Shown piece after piece: positions 50,701-62,760 of a DNA stretch of 64,000 nt. Numbering within the stretch: the first letter of the stretch is position 1; every line of letters starts with the position of its first letter. The translations under genes were made by a program, and so were the position numbers. Origin of the DNA: Podospora anserina (Eukaryota). The stretch is taken from the NCBI GenBank assembly GCA_017654855.1, contig CM030337.1:1364001-1428000 (forward strand), in the 5' to 3' direction. The notes under the pieces are model-generated. The model worked only from the letters and a program-made list of their open reading frames with translations, was not told the origin of the DNA and did not search any database.

Positions 50701-53700
50701 GTTATTGCGGTAGGGACCATGCGCTTCCTCAATAATATTTCTCTTGATTCGTTCCCTAAGGAGATCGATGACTTTCCCCACGAGTGGCTTCGGGATCGGA
50801 ATAGACTTGCTTTGCCACGCTTTGTGAGGGATAGTCCTAATATGTTGAGCAGGGAAGACTTCTTCAAGGATCTGTCCACACTCGGTGAAGTCCCATGCCA
50901 GTGCAGCCTCCCTTGCGAATAAGATTGCCGTAAACACTTTAACCTCCTGATCTATCAAAATGTCGGTGGTTTGTCTGATCAGATCGGCTAAGCGTTCTGG
51001 AGTGAGGCGTGACCCTCTAATCATTTCAGAAAACTTAGGGACCACAATATCGTCGAATTCTGAGCCGTATTGTAGGGATTCCTTAACTGCCGCCCATCTC
51101 CTTACTTTCCAGTTCGGATCTCCTTCAGGAGTGCTACCATCTGACCCAGCATTATCAACCGGCTTCACCTTCTTATCTACCCTCTTGTACATCGTAGCAG
51201 TAGTAACAATATCCGCAGGCGTTGGCCAGGCCTGTTCAAAAGTAGTGATCAGGCTGGTCTTCATATTGTTTTTCTTCTCAGAAGGGGGCGGAGGTGGATG
51301 ACGTCTATGTGGTTGTGTAGTGAAGAGGCTGCGCTAACCTGGTTGAGTGAGGGACCAGTTAAATATCCCCAAGCATAAGGATGCCATATCGGGCTTAAAT
51401 GGGGTTATCCTGCTAGTCCTCTGATCAGACGGCGGCGATGTCTTTAGCAGTGGTGGCGACGGTACTAAATGCAGACCTGTTATGAAGGTCGGTGGTGGCG
51501 GTCGTTCTTTCCCTGAGATTTCGTCCGAAGTTAGAGTTCTTGTCGTAATTTCCACTCTTCCAGGCTGAAACAAAGACTTCTCTTTCTGGCAGTCCCTTAT
51601 ACCTCCCTTCTTTCCTTCCCTCTGATCACTAATATTCTTTCCTCCCTTGCTCCTAACATCCCCCTTTTCTTTGTTTTTATAAGAAATAATATCAGACGCC
51701 AGGCAATAATTTAATAACGGCAAACTTGACTCCCCCAAAATAAAATTAAGCAAAGAACGCCCAGCTCCTTCATTCAGTCCCCCAATCACTTCATCCCCTT
51801 CCTCCAGCTCCTCCGTTACCCACTCAGGGACAGGTACTCCTTCATTAACCAATCCCTTAAACACCTGTAAGGGTCAGCTGGCAGGAGAGGCATTACCTCG
51901 ATCCCTGCCGTTATATTCCGCCTTCATCTTATCAATCACCTCCTTTTTTACCACGTGGGCCTTAATCAGCTTTCCCCCATACAACATATTCGCGCTAATC
52001 ATACAGCCCTTCATAAAATCAAGGGTGAGGCTCGTATCCGTGAAGAACGGGATGCCCAATAGCAGGTCATGGAAACCCAGAGCCTCAGTGTTATCAATAA
52101 CGAAGAAATAACACAAAATTGGAACCCCAGCCAGCACTACTGGAGCCTGAGTCTCACCTATAAACGCAACCGGATCTCCATGAAGGCCTTTAGACTGTAG
52201 GTTCGTCGACACCATCGGTAGACAGAACCTCTCAGCTACAGCCCTACTGATCAGGTTGCACTCCGAGCCTGTGTCCAACATTGCCAGCACCTTCTCTGAA
52301 GTTGGTGAGACGAAGTTACAATATAGCGATGGGACGTTATGGGTTCGAGTGACGGCTCCCAGGAGAGTTCGCTCACTACCGGAAAGCCGGCCAATGGGCG
52401 TAGACAGCAGAGTCCGCAATCGCTCTTCTGGGCTGTCACCCGGTTGGACCTTGCCTTCGATGATCTTCTCCCAGATGCCTCCCTCGACCACACCATACTC
52501 ACCATCCGCCGTAATCCCGTACAAAGCAGGGACAGTCTTCCTCTGATCAGACGGAGGAGTCTTACTGTGTCCAGCCGTCTGAAAATTCGTCCGAACCGTT
52601 AACGGCAAGGCCTCCCCCTTCTGTGGGACTTCTCTCTTTCCATCCGGGGTACTCTTGGAAGATCCACGCCACTCGATCACCTCAGCATCCTCGGCCACAC
52701 TCTTCACGTAATCCATCAACCGGTAAACAAATGTGGGTGAAACCCTACAATGCTCTTCCAGTGTGAACTTAGTCTGACCACAGGCGTACTTTTTGGCTTT
52801 CTCGGCAATATAATCCCCAGAGTCCTCTGCCTCACCATCAGGCAACCTTGAGCCACTCCGGACTCCATCCCCCTGATCGGACGAGACTCCCTCCTCAACT
52901 ACCTTTGGCTTCTCTTACGCGGGGGTGAGTACCACTTTCGGATTTTCGGCTGAGGCTGGGTCATCCATATCCTCTTTCGGCAGATCCTCGATCCTTACTC
53001 TCTTCGCTCCTTGCGCGCCTACCCCCACTTCCACCTCTTGGTTGCAGACGACCACTGGGGCATCATCAGAGCGCTTCAGAATGCTCCTAGGCGACCACTT
53101 CTCTGCTGAGCAACGTTGCAAGGCATTCCTAGTAATGTAGTCACTGGCTGAGTTCTCGTTAAACGGTACGTAGGGTTTGGAGTACCCATGAAGCCTGTTT
53201 AACCTAACATCCATAGCCCTGGCCATCTGAGTAGCTGTCTGCTCCCTCCCTCTGATCAGAGAGACCTCGGGCCTATATCCCTTGCCCTCACGAGCTTCCC
53301 AGTGCTCAGCCCATTTCGTGTAAGCTTCATAGGCCCTATTCAGTTCTGGTTTCAACGAAATTGCAGCACGAACCAGGTCGCCAACCTTCCCTTCACGCTG
53401 CGCCTTCCTCACATCCTCTTGATCAAGCCACGCTTTTTCACTCTCCGGCCACTCCTTCTTACCGATACACACTCTGCCTCCTTCAGTATAGCACAGTCCC
53501 CACGCCTCATCATACTCCTTCTTCGGACACTCCGTCGACTTAGCGTAATGGCCAGTCTTGCCGCACCAGAAGCACCTTCTTAGTGGGGGAGGGCTATCGC
53601 GGTACTGCCCCCCTAATCTTCCGAACTGGGTTTTAGTATCAACAATGGGGAAGGTATTAAAAGACGAATCCATTTCCCCATTAGGGCCAATGCCAAAATC

Positions 53701-54957
53701 CAGGGAGTAAGGTGCCTGGTCTTCTAGGTGTTGAACGCGGGTCCTCATTATCCCAGATTTGCCGTTTCCCGGTGCAGAGAAACCACCGTAGATATTCGCC
53801 CTCAAATGCTGCAGTGCCATCTCTCTGTCTACCATAGCGTTAACCGCCATATACTGGTCGAGCACCTCGGCCGCCTGATCAGAGGCAGCAGGGGAGGGTG
53901 CAATGGTTGATTTGTCCTCCTTGTAGATTCTTCCTCCCACGTCATACCCATCTTCGATCACATCATTAATCCAATCGCTCCAGGTAATAAAATTCATGGA
54001 TCTTAAACGACGTTCGGATCCTCCTCGGTTGATAAGGGTCATCCTCATTAACTCGGAGAATTTCATCCAAAAGCGGCTGGCAACCCTGGCTCTTACTGCC
54101 TCTTTCTCCCCGGTCGGCACTCGAGAGAGCAGTTTAGAGTGGTCAAAAACAACCTTCCTTAACTCGCCCACACCTTCAGGGATAACCTTGGCGTAGAAGT
54201 CATCCAACTCCCTGTGGATATCTTCGTCTTGTCGGGGGTCATAGATCTTAAAGAGGCGTTTAAGGCGGACAACCAGGACAGGCCAAGTATCGGTGGGTGT
54301 AGGTAGGTCTACACATTCGTCAATCTGTTTTCCCACATCGAAGTCACACCAGGATTTGAACTTGCGAACGCGAGAGGTAAATTCCACGACATGGTACTCT
54401 TCACAGGCATTCTCGAAACGCTCCAGATATTCCGTAAAGTGCTTCCCTTTGAAGTTGCTCTTAAAACCGACTTTCTTCGGATCAGGGAATTCACGCTGAG
54501 GAAAATACATAGGCACCATGGGATAGGGGGTTGGATGATCAGACGTAGGGGACCCCTGGAAGTGGCGATAGTCGGGGTAAGCTCCTATGGGATATGGGTA
54601 TCCGGGTTGCTGGAATTGATGCGCGAACCCAGGAAGAGGAGCGGGATATCCGGCATGCCGAGTGGGAGGCGCAGTATGATTCCAAGCAGCAGGATTTGGG
54701 TGGGTACGAGGTCCACCTGGCACGTCAGGAGCGTTGGGCCTTGCAGTCGGGCCACCTTGATCAGAAAGGGGGCGAGGGGTCTCAGCATCTTCAGGGTGAG
54801 CGCGGTTCGCAGCCGGGGAGAGGACGAATGGTGATGATTCCGGGGACCTGGCCGCCGGAATGGCCACTTCTACCACGGAACGAGCCGTAGGAGCTTGATA
54901 CCCCTGGTTGTCGCCGGGAAGGCTAGCCGAAGCGATGGGTGGGACATTGTCGGACAT
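47749..54957 (-). pseudogene. gag-pol of element D: one reading frame (~2400 codons) with six in-frame stops
   Basis: Zn knuckle CFWCGKTGH...C; PR MLDTGS; RT LDFFSGYD, LPQG, YLDD; RH FDAS, ETDA, ADALSR; IN H..H..CRQC, HLD, VDGG, NGVTE, WDGPF; no chromodomain; all consecutive ORFs share one frame. Confidence 0.88.
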
Positions 54958-55518
54958 GTCGATACTCGATGATTGCTGTTGCGTTTGCGTTGGTGGTATG
55001 GCTTTTTCCTTGTGTATGTTGTTGGAAATATGAAGACGGTTGTCCCTTGCAACTCCAGTATGTGGGCATGAGTTACATCTACCCAGATCAGAGGGAAAGT
55101 GTCCTCGTCTCCTTGCTTTTGGGTTCCCGATGTCCTGAGTCAAACTGACCCGGAAATCCCCACGATTGTCCACCATCGCTAAACAACACACCAGGAGGAT
55201 TCCTCCTAACCAAAGATAGGAGAGGACTTTGATAGTTGACGCGGAGATAAGGTCCACTAACGAGCTAGTCTCAACCAATGCTCTTAGTTCACTTCCCGGT
55301 CCCATCCGGACCACACACTTGACTCTCCACTCGCGGGCAGAAAGTTTAGAGTTTGGTCGATGATGAAAGAGCTTTATCCGATCAGACGGAGAAGAATCGT
55401 TTCCGTTGAACCTCGCGGGGTTCAGTGAAGTTGTCGGTGCTTGTTGTCGTTCGTGGCTTCGCACTTCCTCCAGTACCCAGGGCTTGTGAGTCCAGTTTGG
55501 ACCCTGAGCTTTGCTCAA

Positions 55519-55535
55519 CCCGGGCACGACCTCCA
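55519..55535 (-). promoter_or_regulatory. Primer-binding site of element D, complementary to a tRNA 3' end (tRNA-Gln-like)
   Basis: Minus strand TGGAGGTCGTGCCCGGG begins 2 nt after the 5' LTR; complement CCCGGGCACGACCT-CCA. Confidence 0.75.
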
Positions 55536-55537
55536 TT

Positions 55538-55900
55538 TGAAATGGTGAGAAAACACACAAAACAACCACAACACCACAAATATACCCTCAACAGGTCTCA
55601 GAATGAACACACCTGCGTGACAGTGACTCGCTCGCAGGCCGCACTTCACGTAGGACAAAGAAAAGACACTATGGGCTCGCAGGCCACATAATAAGCACCG
55701 GATTGGCCTGATCAGAGGGCCAGAATTGCCTGCACGCGTGCAAGGCACAAAATACGAAGCAAAGAATAAAAGTCGATGTCCTGTCTAAAATAGAATGTCC
55801 GAAGCAGACCGCTTATATACATGACCCCTGAACCCCTGAGTCCTCTGAGAGCCCCGCTTCCTTACTCATACTCTCAGGCCTGTGGCCGCACCCCAAACCA
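55538..55900 (-). repeat. 5' LTR of element D
   Basis: Direct repeat of 44026-44388; TATATAA on the minus strand ~55813-55819. Confidence 0.95.
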
Positions 55901-58900
55901 ATAGAGTAAAGTATAGGATAAATACCCTCTACGGTATTACTATAAGGAACCTAAAAAGTAATAGTATATTTTATTAATATAGGTAGTAAGATCGAAGAAG
56001 TAGGGTTAATAACGTTAATAGAGATATCGGAGGTTAATAAATATATTTATTATAATAATATAAAGAAAAGCGAGAAAAAAGCGGTACCGGTAAAATATTA
56101 AAGATATTTAACTTTTACGGTTAAATATTTAAAGGGACTTTTAGAGCGAGGACCGTAAAACTATAAAATTAAATTAAAAAAAGGAATTAAGTTACGGCTA
56201 TTTAAAATTTATTATACTAATAATAAATAAAGTAAAGAATTATAAAAATATTTAAATAAAAATTTAAAGAAAAGATATATTAAGGAATCTATATTACTAG
56301 TAAAATACCTTATATTTTTTATACCGAAGAAAAACGGTAATTTATAATTATATATAGATTATTATTAATTAAATAACGAAACGGTAAAAAATAGTTATTT
56401 ATTACCGTTAATATTTAAATTACGGAGTTAATTAATAGGAGCGTAATACTTTATATATTTAAATATATTTATCGGATACGTTTATATATAAATTAAGAAA
56501 GGAAATAAATAAAAAATAGCGTTTTATATATTTTATAATTATTTTAAGTATCTCGTAATACTATTCGGGCTAATTAATATACCTATAACGTTCTAATCTC
56601 TCGTTAATTATATAATCCGGAAATACTTTAATAAAATAGTAATATACTATTTTAATAACGTTTTTATTTATTTATATACTTTAAAAAAGTATAAGCGATA
56701 CGTATAAAAGATACTTAATACACTATACAGAGCCAGACTTTTAATTAATAAAGAGAAAAGTAAGTTTTATATATAAAAAATAATATATTTAAAATATTTA
56801 ATATTATTAAAAGAGGTTCGTATAAAACTTAAGAAAATTACGGTAGTTAAGGATTAATTTATACTATAATTATAGATATATATTAAAGAATTTTTAAAGT
56901 TTATAAATTTCTACCGGATATTTATTCGAGGGTATATAGGTATTACGTAATTATTTAATTATTTAATTAAAAAGGATGTAGAGTTCCGGTAAGAGTAGGA
57001 AGAAAAGTAGGCCTTTTAGGAGCTAAAAGAAATTATTTTAAAGGACTTAGTATTTAAATTATTAAACTTTAATCGACTATTTAAAGTCGAGGCGGATATA
57101 TTAGACTATACGATCGGTGGACAATTAGGGTAGCGAGACGACGACGGTAAGCTATACCCGGTAGCCTTCTTTTCGAAGAAGCTCGAAGGGGTACGTTAAA
57201 ACTATTTAATTTATAATAAAAAGTTATTTACTATTATTAAAATATTCGAGGAATAAAGGTTATACTTTAATAATATTAAATATAAAATATAGGTTTATAT
57301 AGATTATAAGAATTTACGGTACTTTATTATTACGAAGGTCTTTAACGTATAGTAAATACGATAGTTAGAGTTTTTTTCGGAATTTAATTTTTAAATTAAT
57401 TATAAAAAGGGTTCGGAAAATATTAAAATAAATATATTTAATTAGCGGGCCGATTACTATAAAAATATATTTAGGGAGTTACTATTATTATTTAAGGAAG
57501 CGCTAAACGGTATTTTTAAGTATTTACTATAGTTATAAATAAAGTATTATATAATATATTATAAAAAAGTTATTTCTAATAAATATTAAAGGAAGTTAAG
57601 TAACGATATTACGGAATAATATTAATAGGAAAAGTTAAAGCTATAAAGTATTTAAAAAAAATAATTAGGGAAGATTATAATATAAAAGTCGAGCGTATAT
57701 AATACTAGGTAATAGAATAATATTAATAATAGAGATTTACGGATCGAAGTTCGGAGGATATATAGGTATCGTAAAGATTATAGAAAAAATTAAGTAGTAT
57801 TTTAATTAACTAAGGATTAAAAATAACGTTAAGGAAATTTTTTAATTATATTATATATACGAAAAAACAAGGGTTACGAAGTATAAGCTTTATAGATTTC
57901 TAAAGTTATTATTAATAGTAAAATAATTATAAAGTTTAATTATGATATATTTTATTATTAAATTATTAAAGTTTAAAAATATAGTAATTAACGTTAAGTA
58001 TAATAATATATTAATAGTAATTAATAAGTTTATTAAATAAATATACTTTTTACTTTATAAAGAGATTTAGTTAGTAAAGTAATTAACGGATATAGTATTA
58101 TAGTATATTATATTAATATATATATAATTAAAAGAATTTATTACGGACCGCGATATTAAATTCGTATTAAAGTTTTAAAGAACGTTAATAACGAGGCTAA
58201 GGGTAATAAGTAAAGCGTTTTCGGTTTATTATTTTTAGACGGACGGTTAAACGGAACGGTTTAATTAAATTATAAAATAATATTTACGGAATTATATTAA
58301 TTTCGAGTAGGATAATTAAGTTAAATTATTATTTATAATATAATTAATATATAATATATTATTAATTAAAACGATTAAAATTATATTATTTTTCGTAAAT
58401 TTTAAATATAAAATAAATTTATAATAGGGACCTAGCGTTAAAGTACTTAGGGCTAAAGTTAAAATAAATAAATTATATATATTTTACGGTAAATTTAAAT
58501 AAAAACTAAAGTTTATAAGGGAAAAGATACAGAAATATTATAATACTAAAAAGCTTAAGGGATCTTACTTTAAGGGGGGGGATATAATATTCTTTTTTAT
58601 ATATAATTTACGTATTAAAAAACTTAATAAGAAGCTAGACTATAGGAAAGTAAGTTTATTTAAGGTTAAAAGGAAGATCTTAAAAACGGTATTTAAATTA
58701 AAGCTACCTACTACGATACGTTTACGGTTATATACATTTTATATCTTACTTTTAAAACCTATATTATTAGTAAATAAAATTAATATATAAATAGTGGCGG
58801 AGAACGAAAAAAAAGAGTATGATATAGAAAAGATATTGGATTTACGGTTTAATAAAGGTTAATTAAAGTATTTAGTTAGTTAGTTAAAATATCCGGTTAT

Positions 58901-59299
58901 AAATAATTTATAAAAGTTAAAAATAAATTTTAATTATTTAAATAAGTAAAAAGAATTTTATTAGTAATACCTAGACCGATTAAAATTTAAATAAAAATCG
59001 AACCCGTACCTTCGACGTAACGGTCGACATATTATATATTATACTATTAAATTAGTAAGTATAAAGGAATCTAAACTTAATTAATACTATACATTTTTAT
59101 TACTATAAAACAAAGAGGTACTACCGGTAATAAAAAGGGAGATTTATATTTAAATTTACGGAAAAATATTTATAAATCTAAATACGGAAGAACCTCGACG
59201 GGAATCGAATTTATATTTTTAACGTAATAATTAGTGTACTATATACTATACTACGAGGTTAGAAAGTATAAAGAGACCTAAATATAAATAGTACTGTAC

Positions 59300-59995
59300 G
59301 TTTTAATTATTTTAGGAAATAAAAAGCGTACTATTAATAATACTTTACAGAGTTAAGAAGGAAGGACCGGCTATACTAAAGTTTAAAGGAAGGTCGGAAA
59401 GCTAGTTGAAGCTTAAGGAAGGATTTAGAAAAAAAAAGTCGGAAGGATCCGAGGGAGTAAAGTTAAAAGAAGAAGCGTTATTAGACGACGGGATAATTAG
59501 CGCGGCCTACATAATTTCTTTTTATTCGATACGTTCGGTAACTTCTAACTCGTTAAAAAAAGAGAGGCCGCGGGCGACTATAACGGCTCCTTTATCTATA
59601 AGAAACTTACGTTAACGACGGACCTACGATAAACGAACTAAAGCTTTAAAAAGTTTTTATTAATATTCGATTAAAAAAGTTTTAATATATTTCTTTTTTT
59701 ATTAAAAATAATATTACTTTCGTATAATTTTATTTATTAAAAAAAGATTAATAAAGAAGAAGAAAGAGGTAACGGGAGACTTATATAATAAGATAGGGAT
59801 ACCGGTACCGTTATATAAACGACTATAATATACGTAAGCTTTATAACGCTTTACTTTATTTATTATATAATAGGATAACCCTTATAAGTTATACTACGAG
59901 TAAAGTATAACGAAGAAATTATTTTTAATAATATTTTAAACGAATTTAATATAGTATTATATAAATAACGATAGAGGTTTTACTATAGATATAAT
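59300..59995 (-). pseudogene. RIP-inactivated antisense Zn2Cys6-like accessory gene of element B
   Basis: Inverted homolog of 34040-34730; TAT/TAC codons fall at CX2CX6CX8CX2CX6C spacing; boundaries approximate. Confidence 0.55.
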
Positions 59996-60116
59996 ATTAA
60001 TTAGATTATTAAAAGATAAAAAGAAAGATTTATAAAAAAAAAAAGGGAAAATAAGAAAAGCGTATATAGTTAATAAAATTAGGCTAACGGGACGTTAATT
60101 TGGAGGAGGAATATTA

Positions 60117-60484
60117 TATTACGGACCTAATATAAGTAGGGAGCGCGGGGCGTAACCGTTTAATTATTAGAATAGAAAAGTAGGGAAGTCGGATTATTAT
60201 TAGTGTTAAAGGTAATAATTACGATTATTATTAATTTTCGATAAATAACGAATAATAATCGATATTATTACTAGTAATAATAATAATAAACCGGTCTATA
60301 TATACGGAGGAACTAACTAATATAAATAAATAATTCCGTAATATATAATTTAATTTATATTTACAGTATTTAGTATTTATATTAAAATATTTTATTATAT
60401 ATTATTTAGTTACACCGAACTAATTGTTAGAAGTTACCTTTAATTAGTATCCCTTTTAGAGGTTCTGTATAGGGGTTCGTTACA
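60117..60484 (+). repeat. 3' LTR of element B
   Basis: Follows the PPT; direct repeat of 36438-36805. Confidence 0.88.
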
Positions 60485-62760
60485 GATAACGAATAATTAT
60501 TTTTTACCGTTTTGTTATTTAATTAATAGTAATCTATATATAATCGTAAATTATTATCTTTCTTTAATATAAAGAATATAGGGTATCCTATTAACGATAT
60601 AAACTTTTTAATATATCTTTTCTTTAAATTTTTATTTAAATATTTTTATAATTTTTTACTTTATTTATTATTAATATAATAAACTTTAAATAATTATAAT
60701 TTAGCTCTTTCTTTTAATTTTATTTTATAGTTCTATAGTTCTCGCTTTAAAAGCCCTTTTAAATATTTAACCGTAAAAGTTAAGTATCCTCGATATTTTA
60801 TTAATATTACCTTTTTTTTTACCTTTCTTTATATTATTATAATAAATATATTTATTAACCTCTAATATCTTTATTAACGTCGTTAACCATATTTTTTCGA
60901 TTTTATTATTTATATTAATAAAATATACTATTACTTTTTAAACTCTTTACGGTAGTACCGTAGAAAATACTTATTTTATACTTTATTTTATATATACTCC
61001 TAATCTCCTATCGTTAATTAAATATTTTTATAATTCTCTTAATTATAAATAATTATTATTTCTTTAATCGATATTTAAATTATAATTTTTATATTATAAT
61101 TACTTTAAAATTATATCTTTCGATAGTTCTATATTTATAATATTAAATATAATTAAAATTATTTTTATTTTAATTATAATATTTAAAAATAATATTTTTT
61201 TATAAACTTTTTACGTTAGAAATAACTTTTATATAATAATTTATTCCTTTTTTTTTATAGTATTTTAATTTAATATACGAATTATAATAAAATTAAATTT
61301 ATTTTTATATTTTTATTTATTAATATTATTATTTAAATATATTTTTAATATATTATAATTTAAAGGTATTTATTTTTCTTACCTCTTTCCTATACGGTAG
61401 TAATTTCGTTAACAAATACCGGATTATTATTTTATACTTTTATTTTATATTAATATTTTTAATAATATTATTTATAATCCGTTAAAGGTTACCGGCTTCC
61501 GCGAAAGGCTATAAATCGTTTCCTAAACGGTTATATCGTTTAAAAACGTTTTTTTACTTTAGGTTATTTAATAATATAAAGTTTTTTTAATTATATTTAT
61601 TTAATTTCTTCCTATCTTCCGTCTTTTATATATTTAATATTCTTTCGTATATATATTTAATAACGGTTCTTCGTTTTACTTTATTAATATTTAATAACTA
61701 TAATTTTTATAATTTTCGGTTCCTTCGATATAATAATTATTACGATTTCTTTTTTTTATTTAAATCGCTTAAGTACCTTATAATCTTTCTTAAAGTATTT
61801 TACTTTACTATAATTAAAATACTTAAGGTTTTTTTTACTTTAACTCCGGCCTTACGGCCGTTATTACTAAATAATATTGACCTTTATAGGCCCTATATAA
61901 GTAGTCCCTAAAACGTAAGTCCTGTACGGTCGTTTTTTCTTTTTATTGTTAAGATAGTAGGGTCTTTATACGCGTATACCCTTATACTCCCTACGGTATT
62001 AGTATTATCGATTATTAATACGGATTACTATTATAATATATTCGTTAATAGTTTCCGGTCGCTTTATTTAATATAGTTCGTCCTTAATTTCTTCTTTAAA
62101 TCCGTTATAAAACGCCTATATTAACCCTTTATCGTTAATCGCGTTATAAAGCGTATCCGTCTTAAATACTGTAGTATAATCGGTAGTAAATCGAGTTTAT
62201 TTAAGGTTAGTTAGTTACTCCTAGGTATATCTAGCTTCGTTATACTCTTTAAATACCTCCTTAATTTTTTTTTAAAAACTTTTATATAACTTGAAATATA
62301 TTTAGGTAATATCCTCCCTCTCGTTATATATATTATCGAAGTAGTCCCTTAAGATCGGCTCGAATTATGTAAGTGCTATGTCCTTGAGCCTAGATGCAGT
62401 ATATATAACCTTAGATTCCTCGTCCGGGAAACGAGAAGGGTAGTACCGAAAGTAAGCCTTAAGTTAAATCAAAAATCTCCCCAGCTCTCCCTTTGCACCT
62501 CCGTAGCGGTCGGGTGCCTCGAGTTTAGCACGCTCTCCCTCCTTACGTAAGGTCCCGATCTCCTGGTGGAGCATAGCGTTCTCCTGCGTGAGGGTCTCGT
62601 GGGAAAGGCGTAACTTATCCTCAAGCTCTTGGATACAAGTAAGAAGCTGGTCGATGGTGGGTTGAGTGGATGTCCCTGCCTGGGTATTGACGTTTCCGGC
62701 CATGGCGTTAACTTGATACCTTCAACTTATCCGTGACAGAGTTGAAGTGAGTATGCAACG

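Larger units (their letters stand above)
44026..55900 (-). mobile_element. Element D: young 11,875-bp non-chromoviral (Ylt1-like) Ty3/Gypsy retrotransposon carrying two accessory genes
   Basis: Two 363-bp LTRs that read identical (TG...CA); 4-bp TSD ATAG (44022-44025, 55901-55904); tRNA-type PBS; PPT; Gag-PR-RT-RH-IN order; GC-rich amid AT-rich RIPed DNA. Confidence 0.95.
36438..60484 (+). mobile_element. Element B: complete but heavily RIPed Ty3/Gypsy chromovirus (crapaud-like), inserted antisense in the RT of A and itself interrupted by C and D
   Basis: 368-bp LTRs 36438-36805 and 60117-60484; TSD AATAA/GATAA (one RIP-type change); gag from ~36862; RT ~56100-56900; RH (GQLGQRDDDGKL.PVAFFSKKL ~57115-57190); IN (TDRD, QTDGQTER ~58140-58260); chromodomain ~58810-58930; PPT TGGAGGAGGA 60101-60110. 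Confidence 0.88.

Noticed and set aside
49822..52917. In-frame stops as targets of sexual-stage A-to-I editing
   Set aside because: Editing would give Trp, but conserved positions need Gln (GYDQ, IEQ); CAA>TAA RIP explains them more simply.
54958..55569. N-terminal ~204 aa of the 884-aa gag ORF
   Set aside because: It starts at a non-ATG codon inside the LTR and runs across the PBS; ATG 54957 (MSDNVPP) is the more plausible start.
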